DNA of 64,000 nucleotides from Magallana gigas (taxonomy: Eukaryota). The notes beneath the pieces are model-generated. The model was not told where the DNA came from, searched no databases, and saw nothing but the letters and a program-made list of their open reading frames with translations. This document shows, one piece after another, positions 35,372-46,700 of the stretch; the first letter of the stretch is position 1, and the number at the start of each line of letters is the position of its first letter. Location: assembly GCF_963853765.1 (NCBI RefSeq), contig NC_088853.1, positions 22,258,001 to 22,322,000 of the forward strand, written 5' to 3'. The position numbers and the translations under genes were made by a program.

Positions 35372-38300
35372 TTCAAAGGTCAAGGTCGCGATATAATGGC
35401 CTTTATGCAATCGACGTCACTAGCGTCCAAAGTTTGTTTTGGAATTTGTTACAGGTGTATTTGATATTTCTAGGATAAAGAAAGTGTCTGAACTTTCTAG
35501 TGTGGGAACTTTGTATAATGCATACATCAGCTTTTCTAGCTATATCCGATGTTGAAACTCATTTTATCATCATTTAAAATTATGATTGACGGACCTGTTG
35601 TATTATAGCATGGCTTGTTCAAATTGCTACAAATATGTCTGAGCTAGAAGATAAATATAGCATAGACTTACTTTAAAAAGAAACCTGTTTTAGAATAAAT
35701 TGATGTTTTAAAATAGTTTTAATGCATGTTTTTTAAGTACAATAACGATTATATAGCCTATCTGTATGTTACATGTACATTTCGGTTGATAATAAAATTG
35801 GTTTGTTGTGTTTAATTTACATACTTGTCAGTGTCCTTTAAATATAGGCCTGATATATCTTTACAGCTATATATATATATATATATATATATGGATAATT
35901 ATGCAAATGTCATAATTTCCTAAAGAAGAGATTACTTCCTCAAGTTTTGATAAAGTGGGTTTTATTATCCATGTCATTTTAGTCTTATTGCCGCCGAATT
36001 TACAGAAACCCCTTATGTTCACCGGTTACAGTTTATTCTATTACCCCAACGAAGGAGCCCTTATGCAAGTACATATATATGCAATACTGAAATCTGATTG
36101 GTTAAGACGCCGTTGATAATCCGTTCTATTACCCCCAGCGTTCGCAACGCACTTAGCAACAGGTAACACAACGAATTGCTACATGAGCGTAAATTATGCG
36201 CATATAGTTCGCCATAGAATTCACTTCATTACTTTATAAAAGCAAAAAAGTGTTCTTTAAATTTAAGACATCCAGTAAAATAAAATAAATTGTGCCTGTT
36301 TATATGTTTAGATGGGTAAGAGTTGAAATTGACTCCCTGAGAAAACCAATGTCAACCGGCGGTACAGAACAGGCACTATTTATACAATACCTGTGACAGG
36401 TGCGTGGTTTGATTTCAAAATTCATTATAAATCGAAAATTCATCTACTTTAGATGAACATGCATAAGAGTCGGAAGCGAACGGGCGGGCTAGACCCCCCC
36501 CCCCTCCTCCCCCATGTAAAGTTATACATAACCATAACCAAAGACCGTTCGGTTTTTGTTTTTTGGGGGGTTTTTTGGTCGAGATTTTTAACAAGACTAG
36601 AATCCCCCCATACTTTCAATTTTTTTTCCGACGCCACTGATATGTATCAACAACACAGTGTGCTTTGGAATATTAGAAAATAGCGGGAATTATTTTTATA
36701 AACAATTTTTGAAGAAAGAAAAAATAAAACTGAATGTTTAAAATCAGTCATCAATTTGAACTTCTTCTTTTTTTGAGTGAAAACACGATTGACACAAAAG
36801 AGTTCTGTAATTTAAAAATTTTGTCATTTAATCTTTTTCTTATTCATATTTTGTCTACGTTAAAAGTTTTAGAAATAAAGTTTTCTTGCTTGATAGGCTA
36901 ATAATATTCACTTTTAATGAAAAGAAAGCAAACAATATGTTCAATGTATATTGTTCCGTCATCTGTTATCTCACAAACTTTGACCATGAAGCAATGTTAT
37001 GGTTCTCACTGTTCAAACGTGAATCAGGCTGATACAAATTACTATTAGTCATTTTGACGATATATTCATAGATACATAGATAATGAAGCAAGTAGATAGC
37101 ACTTTGTTACAAAAATAAATGTTGACATTTAACCTAATATTTAACAAAATGCTTTAAATCATAACTGACTAATAAAATTATATGGTACTAGATAACTTTC
37201 AGGGTTATTTTCGCCCCGTGTAATTTTTGCCCCGTGTAATTTTCGCCTTTCTACACTTGCCAACAGTTTCCCCCAGTCTTGAATTCGCCCAGCTATTGGT
37301 GTTAAAAAAAATAGAATAGGACACATTGGAATTCGCGTACTCGTAAAATCGCTCAGTGACAACGAGGGCAAAAGGAACGGAAAATAAAACGTGGGCGAAT
37401 ATTTCCCTGTATACAGTTATACATTCATAAGTACATGAAAGACATATGTTTTGCCTAGGACTAGAATGTCTCGAAGTCATTGAATGAATCGCGTCACGTG
37501 ACTGCCTTAAATTTCTTTACACGGCGGGCGTCAAAATTTATACGGCAACATGGCGGACGTAACGTTATTTGAGCTGATTTTTTACACAAACGTTCAAACA
37601 TACCTTTCATTCTTAAGCCCCAAAATATTTAGAGTGACCCCCTTTGCCCGTGACGTAAAAAAACGATCTTATATATACAACTGCATCCAGGTTTGCACAG
37701 AAATGTGTAGTGTTGGTAGAGTCTATAGAAGGCTCGGCTCCGCCTTGCCTTCTATGGACTTTACTGACCCCACAAATTTCTGTAAACAGTCAGTAACAGA
37801 CCTGATAAGTAATAATGTTGTGTTATCACAATATCAGTGTGGTTTGGCACTATTTTTTTTGAAGTAAGGGCTGGGCCACGAGTCATCATTCATAGGAATG
37901 TTATTTGTAAAACTATACCACAAAGCTTTGCCAAAGATGGCAATTTTGCAGCTGCATAAGATGCTGCTTCGTGAAAAATAAAAGCGGCTATAAAATCTCC
38001 AAAAAAAAAATAAAAACGTATATTTTCTAGCATATTTGATTTTTTTTTAAAAATGCATAACCATATTGGCGCTGTAATAATTATCCAACATAGTGTTTTG
38101 TCATAAACTTTTTAAAAGAGATGTAGCTTACTAATGTTGTGCATTAATACACTTCGAACAAATAAAACAACACTTTCATATGAAAGAAAAATATTAGAAT
38201 ATCAAATGTAGCAAAGCAAATAGGTATATTTAATATTGGGTTTAAGTTAATCAAGAAGAAAAAGACGAGTAGAAGGAAAAAGAAAAACACATATTTATTA

Positions 38301-40020
38301 TATTTATATGTTGATAGAAAAACCAAATAATTGATCTTTTTATCACGAAAATGGAAATGGAGACAACCCCTGTATATGCAGCATATACATTATCCAAAAA
38401 AAAATGAGGAAAGATAATAGAAGAAGGGATAGTAAAATGGTTTGCATTAAACATTTCTTCACTATATTACATAACTAGATAAACTAACGAACGCACGTAC
38501 ATGTAATCAATAAATTAAAAAATGTAGCATTAATTGATAATTATGAAGTTTTTTTATTTTAATTTAAAGGATACTCGTTTACTTAAAAAAGGTGTTAATC
38601 AAAAAATGCGAACAGTATACCATTCACATCAGTATATAAACAAATACATGATAAAATAATAAATTTTAAATTAAGATATTCATTTTTCTTTTTTGATATT
38701 TAATTATGTCATCCTATAAATAGCATTTATAATCGTTTCCATCATTTGTTAATTTAAAAAAGTAATTCTTTGATATTTTATTTTGCATTGATACATGTAC
38801 CTTTCATAGAATGATTTTGCTTTTTTAAACGTTCATACAACAATTTAAAATAAGTATATGTAGGCATGTAGTTTAGTAGTACCTAAAAAATGGGCAAAAT
38901 TTTTCTTTGTATTTGAATTCATTAAAACTTATAATTGTAAGAGTTGTCTATGTGTACCTATCGTTATGCCAATTGATAAGGCAAGATAAATGTAACCGAT
39001 AAAAACTGAGTCATAAATTTTGACAATGATATACAGTCTATTTGAATGCACCGTATTGTAACGGTAAAACACACATGCATATGTCGCTACTGAACTGAAA
39101 TAAATTATGTTAATATGCTTCTTGTGTACTAAATAGTGTAATACACGTTCAATCTTATTTTTATTCAGAAATACATGTATATAACACTCTTTAACAATAT
39201 CTGATTAACCCGGATCAGGACAAACAGTTATAAATTATAACAAGCGAACAAATTCTAAAAAATGTTCCCCTTTGTACGTTTTTGTTTTTGAAATATCTAT
39301 CATCAACAAATGTTCAATCCTGATTTATACTTTATTAGACATATATGCTATTTTCCATGTGCACACCCTCGCAGAGTGGAGTGACAAAGTTGACATATAT
39401 CATGGGTGTTTTGAACTATTTTGGGTTTTAGCATGGTACATGCAACATATTTCATGAATTAAGGAAATATTGTTTTAGTATTTTATGAGGGATAAATATG
39501 CTGAGGACAAAGTGGCATTTTTGTTTCAGCGAAGGTACTGCGTTTCCAATAAACTAATTTCAATAATTGTTTCTAAATAAAATTCAACTGCTTTGCCTTT
39601 TATATAATAATTGTTATGTAGGTTATGTGTAATGATTTTTACAAAAATTAGCGTATTCTTAATGAAAAAAATTCAATATCTTTGTTTTTAATGGTGGAAC
39701 ATCTGAATTTCTTGTTTAAAAATTCCGTATCAATTAAATTCTTGAAAAAAAAGAGTTCATAGTTGGAGAAATAAAAGTTATGCAGTCAATTATTTTCTTA
39801 TGGATTTAATATTTCGTCTCGTAAAATATTTAATTTTAGGAAGATATCTCATCCATAAGGTGAACCATGATAAAAACAAAAGTGGTAAACACAATCTCAA
39901 AGCAAATAAGTTTGTTGAAAAAACCGTAAATAGGAGTTGCAAATATGCCATCTTTGCAATAAGATACTTATCTAGCTCAATTTTGATGATTGGTATTTTT
40001 GGCATCTATATCTTCTTAGA

Positions 40021-42343
40021 ATGAGCACCGAACTAGAAACTCAACAACAACACACCCAGCCGGGGCCTGATAGTCAACAAGCCACAACAGACCAGTTCCC
40101 GCCAGGCTTACCAGTCAATCCGCAAGGTGCTTATCCGAACGGGCACCTGTCGCCGCCATTACATGGGGCTCACCTTCCGGCACAATATGGCTACCAGCAA
40201 CAGCAACCGCAATATGGATACCCACAATACGTCTCGCCGACGAATTCGCCAGACTCCAAAAAACTTATGAGGGAATACGAGGGGAACAGCCACAATCACG
40301 CGGCTATGTGTCCAGAGCCGACGTCACGAATACGTGTTTCTCTCATTGAGGCTTACTTATTGATGATTGTCCTGGGCATTTTTGGAGCGCACCATTTTTA
40401 CCTTAAGCGCCCACGATGGGGACTCCTCTACCTTTTCACTTTTGGCTTGCTCGGCGCTGGATGGCTCATTGACATATTTAGACTTCCGGTCTTGGTTGCC
40501 CGATTTAATAACGAAGCTTCTCACCCAGATCCAAGCCTTGCCAAGAAAAAGCGTTTGGATGATGTTTATGTGTTGTGGTTTCCAGGTGGTCTTATAGGTA
40601 GGTTACATTATACTGTAACGGTGGAAAGCAGTACATGAATTATGAAATATTTAACTATAGTTGATAGAATATTAAAACTACACATAAAACTAATACATTT
40701 ACTCTGGTAAAGCTCCTTATCTTTCAATTTATTTTTCACCAGGGCTTCATCATTTCTACCTGAATAACACCAGGCTCGGAATTTTCTATCTCTGCTCATT
40801 CGGAATTTTCGGTATTGGTTGGTTAATTGATGCCTTTATAATGCCATACCATGTAAAAATCGCCAACTCTGATAGCCAGGATTCCACTGAAAAAAGATTT
40901 ACAACGACCTGCATCCTAGCTATTTCTCCTACGGGACTCTTCGGAGCTCATCATTACTATTTGAACCGATTTGGTTTTGGGCTTCTCTATACTTTCACTT
41001 TCGGGATTTTTGGCGTAGGATACATCGTGGATTGGTTTCGTTTTCCAGTTTTACTAAAGCGCTCTAACAAAGGCAGGACAATGCTCCACAGTACCCACAA
41101 ACACCTCGATGACGCTTACCTTCTCTGGTTTCCACTCGGATTCCTCGGGTTTCATCATTTCTACTTAAACAGGCGTGGCTGGGGACTACTGTACATGTAT
41201 ACTTTCGGTTTCCTTGGCATTGGGTGGCTCGTCGATCTTTGCCGGATGCGGACGTTGGTAGAAAATTGTAATAGAGACATTGACGAACGAGTGCATCTTA
41301 CCGGAAATAATATAGGTATACCTAACCCGAGCTTTAACATTGGGCAGTATTACGGTAACTTGCCAATAAGGACAGAAAAACATGCTTGTAAATAAATTCT
41401 ATCTAAATTACATGTCATTTAAAATTATGTATTGGAATAAAAAGCTAAAATACGCTATAGAATCGGTAAGATAAGTTCAAAGGGGGGTTTAGAGGTGGGC
41501 TTTTGTTTTCTTAATCAACAGTATTTAGCCTCATCGACCTAATTATTTTTCGTTTATTGTCAGTCGGGGGTCACGTGCCGCTCAACTACGGACAGACGGG
41601 TCCCTCTCCACCGGGATACTCCAACCCACATCCGGGTATTTATCAAACACAGCAGAACGGTGAGTTTGAATTACAAATTGACAACAGGGTACCAGAAACA
41701 GATTATAATTTTGTTTCACTGAATCAGATCATTGAAGTTAATATCAAAAAGATATTCAAACCCAAGAACAACGTAGAGAATTTAAGTAAGGTACATGTGG
41801 GAAGTCTGTTAATTTCACCTAGATATACACGGCGGATTTAAAATCTTTTTTTAAAAAGGCATTTACCGANNNNNNNNNNNNNNNNNNNNNNNNNNNNNNN
41901 NNNNNNNNNNNNNNNNNNNNNNNNNNNNNNNNNNNNNNNNNNNNNNNNNNNNNNNNNNNNNNNNNNNNNNNNNNNNNNNNNNNNNNNNNNNNNNNNNNNN
42001 NNNNNNNNNNNNNNTCTTGGAATTTTCATTTAGCTACATGTATATAGGTCTGTGCATGTACAGGTACTGATAATGCACATAATAGTAAAATTGAGATGGT
42101 AATTAGTGATCATCTCATTTGCGTTATCACGAATTAACACCGCCATATAAGTACTTGGTTTTAATGAACGCGTTTTATTTAGCTTCTACAATGTAAATCA
42201 ATTTTCATCTTTAAACGTACATATCTTCTCTACGTGGTAACTTAAATACCTTTGATTTTTTAACAGGATATGGTTCTGTTCCTGGAATGAATGACCAACC
42301 CCCTCCATACGAGGCCGCGTCAGTTCCTACCAAAGGTCACTAG
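40021..42343 (+). CDS. Four-TM2-domain membrane protein, divergent copy C; exons join(40021..40597, 40743..41387, 41564..41659, 42267..42343)
   Basis: Same exon phases, four HH(F/Y)YL TM2 repeats, 96-nt and 77-nt terminal exons identical in size to copy A, PPGY and PPPY retained; frame open throughout. Confidence 0.92.
41870..42014. other. Assembly gap (145 N) in the last intron of TM2 copy C
   Basis: Run of N. Confidence 1.
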
Positions 42344-42832
42344 TTCAAAGGTTAAGGTCATGGTGATTTGATCGTTATACATCCAAACGTTACAGTTGTC
42401 AGTGATATATTTAAAGTACAAGTTATTTATAAATTATGAAAGTAACTGTTATCTTATCCGTATGTTATTGTTGTTAACCAAATGTTTTATTACACTGTTT
42501 TATGCATTATTATTTAAAGCACGCAATTGAAGCTGAATAATAAAAAGTTTAACTCGTGCGTTTTGTACGTGAAACTTTCAAGACTATATTTAAAATTACT
42601 GACAAGAAAAACATAAAAGGTCCACTAGATTTAGGAAGTGTATATTATAATTGTTCGTATTCTGTCAATTTACACCATTGTCTTTAGTTTTTACCTATTA
42701 AGATTTCACTTGATGTAAACAAAATTAAATTAAGCTTGGTTTTTATTTTGATACGAAGATACGAAACTTTTGGTTTGTTAAAACTTTGAAGGTTAAAATA
42801 GCTACTGATAATTCATAAGTAAAATACAATTA

Positions 42833-43780
42833 CGCGGGGGTGTTAAGGAAGCATATGGAATCTGAGTTACATGTAATTCCGTGAAATCACAAATCTTAAT
42901 TATTATGTACATATTCAAATATATAAGCAACGAAACGTAGATCAAAAACAAATAAAGAATACTGAAGACAATTTTTTTCCAGAAATTAGTTTGTATTACG
43001 TAGATTTACACATTGATGACGTCATGACTAAAAGTTGAATGTCGTGTGAATTTGATCGGAAAGCATTGTAAACATATTCAAAATATAACTAATCTAAGAA
43101 CTCTAATAAAGTATTGTGGTGTGATTTCTTGAGAATTGAACATAAGAATACTGGAGGAGATGTTAGTTTAATCAATCATTCGCTAAAAGGTATGTAAATT
43201 TGCTTTTATTTCTCGGCCAGGCTTTCCTCTGTCGTTGTTTACGATATAAAAATCCAACTAGAACAACACTACCCCGTATATATTGAACTTGAAATTTTAT
43301 ACGTATCGTTAGTTTGATCAATGCTTAAATTGAAAAGTGCTGCTAGAATCACAGGTTGTGTGTTGTTTTGATGCATTTTGCCGTTTTTCGTGCAAACTAT
43401 ATAAAAGTTGGGAAGGTTTTACGAGAACTGGATTAATAACTTTTTAATGAGGAAAAACATAGGATTCTAGCAGCGGTTTTGATTAAACTGAGATGTTTTG
43501 CTTTCAATTGGTATAATTATTTTATTTTTTAAACCGCGGGGTAGTGTTGTTCTATCTCATTTTATGTTAAGGAATATACGTAAGCTATTTATAGTTGTCA
43601 CGTGATAATGCAGCGATGTGGCAGTAATGTTCTACCCGATTTTATTGCACTGACATCTATTTTAAAGGATAATACTAAGTTTTTGATCTTATTCAAAATA
43701 ATTATTTAATTTCACGATTTTGAATATAACAGTCAAAATAAGACGCTAAATTGTCCATATGCTTCCTTAACACCCCCGCG
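42833..43780. mobile_element. 948-bp non-autonomous DNA transposon with perfect 27-bp TIRs and TA target duplication
   Basis: TA-CGCGGGGGTGTTAAGGAAGCATATGGA...TCCATATGCTTCCTTAACACCCCCGCG-TA. Confidence 0.93.
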
Positions 43781-46700
43781 TATCTGAAAATTGTGTTCTA
43801 GTATCCTTCATGCTAGCTGCTGATCTGTAGCCCTACGGTTGTACCGTAGAGCTATAGTATATTGTAAACTCGGTTTAATATATTTAACTATCATATGGGC
43901 CGAACTTAAAAAGAAAAGTTCAATGCTTACGAATTCAATCGCGTTTTTTTTATTTGATTAGTTATACAACAAAACGATATATTTCTGTATGGTATTTATT
44001 TTTGAATGATCCCTCTGGGAAGTTATAATCACGTGATGCAATTCTGAATCATTTTTGCAAAGATAGCTTTGAAATCGATTTCAACAAGAAATATGAAAAA
44101 TGCAAAACCTTTTACATACCTCTAGCACTACCATCCTATATCAACTTACTTGTAATGTTTGCGTTCATACCCCTATAAACACTATGATTTTTGCTAAACA
44201 TTTTTATACTTTAAATATCAAAACTCAAAAATGGACAGTAGACTTACCAAGTTAAATTTTTTATTATAATAAGTAGTATTCTTTGACAAATATGACTTTA
44301 CATGATCCATGATACGCAAGAAGCATAATGGATAATTATAAAGAATTAATTATCATCCACGGCAGAAACCTCTTGAATTACACTTAATTATGAACAGTGT
44401 GATATTCTAAAAAAAAAATAAGCAGTTCAAATTTCAGATTTACCATCTGGAATTTTTTTCATATTGTTCAAGTGACAGGATAAGGATAAAGAGCTAATTA
44501 CAAAGAGGGAATTTGGGTCATTTTAAATAGTTCAGGTTTGATTTGCTTCAGGGCCAAACAAAACCAGTCCTGATGAAATTTGTTACTGCGGTATTTATAA
44601 TCAGAATTATCATATTAAAATCGGTAATGAAAATTCTACGTGCATTTAATATCATAAAAAGATTATATCCTCATTTGTTGAGTAGAATTTGTCGTAACTT
44701 ACATCGACAATTCTTATGTTTCTGAGATTATTTAGCCAAAGTGCTTGATTTCTGACCCTTCATTTATCATTAGTTATTGGGTTGATACCCAAACCTTTGA
44801 ACTACTTTATATGCAGGCAAATTCTTCGTCAGAGGCCATAAGGCAATATTACTCTAAAAAAATTTAGCCAAATATTTTGCAAATGGAAAAAATTAATATC
44901 CTCAAACTAATTTATGATGTGTTATATTTTCCCTATTAATCATGTTTTATCGTTTTAGCTAACACTTATGCTTTAGGTTTAGCTGTCCCTGAGTTGCATT
45001 AGTACACTATTGCACATGGTTATCAAGCCTTTGGTCGTCTATATACTCTTTCAATTAATAAGATATGCATGTATCATATTCCATATCAAAATAAGTTTTT
45101 GAATATCAAAATAAATGCTTATTCAGCGTGATATAGGCAATCAACAATACTTTGGTCTTTTAAAAATATTTACCGTTAGTATTTTTTTCCCAGTCAAATG
45201 GTCCAGCGCCAGGATATTTACACAAGTACACCTTTAAAAGGATGACCAAAAATACTGAAAACGGACCTAGTAAGTTTTTTTTAATTTTTTAGTCCACGTT
45301 TGTGAAATCATATTTAGGTATGCAAATGTTTTGATCAACAAAATTATTGCAAATATAATAATAATTCTGTTTCAATAATATCCGCGGATGAAAATGAAAA
45401 GCGATCCAAACGTTCTAACAGACAAAAGGTACAACCAGACACTCGAATATACATTTATGGAAGATGCAATGAAAACAAAATAGATATGTTGTAGTTTTCA
45501 TGAATATCTAATAGTATAGGCGGCATGTTTTCTTGTGTATGAGATGTGTAATATTGCCTGTATATTAGTAATAATTTATCTGATATATTGATTGTTAAAT
45601 AACTTTGAGACGTTGCTTTTGCTGAGTACATACACAAATATTTACACTTACCGAGCATGATTCCTTCTATTTCTTACGGAAACTTATGCTATTTCATAAC
45701 TCTATAGAACTTGACAGGACTGAGAACTACACACCACGTCTAAGGATTGGTCGAAACCTACAGCGACCTAAGAAAAATCACTGTCTGCACGAAATAATCA
45801 TGACCATGTCAGACTCAAATTCCCATAGGAGATAATGTGGCTGTTTCTTTTAGATAACATACTGATACACACTAACAGTCATTTAGTAAATTCAACTTAC
45901 TTTTAAGATATTTTATATTTTTTCTTACTTTTTACAATTAATTTATTAGTTTGTTAAAAGAGGGATGTAAACATAAACAATTTTAAAATGATTTCTTTGA
46001 TGATTTATGCGGGTTTTGAAGATAGCCATCATTGCAGAATTATTTTTCTTTTTTTTGCAAAGTCGCTACCATCATATCCCGCATGAATTACCAAAGAAAG
46101 CATTTTACTGGTTTACTATTTCCTAGTTTATTTTGTCATGTTATCTGTACTCATCGGACTCCGTTAAAAATTCTGAATGTCTGAAATTTATACATGCCGG
46201 AAGTATAATGAAGATCTTTACACCTTTAAATGTTTTGACGTGTGGAAGCTAATATGATGCAATTTTAAAAGTTTTTTTATGATTAACAAAAGCTGTCCAT
46301 TGAATAACAGATCGGTGATTTTTTTTTATTTCATTTCATTTTAAGATATACTTTAGCTCTGCGAGACAAAGTGAAAGCTACATTAATATTTAACTGTTAA
46401 TTTAAGATTTATTCTTCAGATATGGGTCATAATAAATTATGAGTTATTCGAGTTTTTTTATGAGCGTTATTTGATGAGCCGAAAGAGATGATGTTGTTAG
46501 GTATGGGGAATAGATAAAATGATATGGCTAGCTATCAGAATTCAATTACGTCCAATGAATTGTGTGAAAAGTATTAGTTGATACTGCTTAATTATACCTT
46601 TTCCATTGAGATTTTAAAAATGATTCTTCTTGCAGATGCATTTTATTGATTTGGAATGTATCAACATGAGAAGTACATAATCACAAATGATTGAATCATG

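Larger units (their letters stand above)
24203..37950 (+). repeat. Head-to-tail tandem duplication: unit A 24203-31660, unit B 31662-37950
   Basis: Promoter, gene and 3' flank are repeated; ORF-track peptides recur at an offset of 6290-6291; junction CAATTTTGCA|A|TTTTAAAATAAAAT. Confidence 0.95.
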
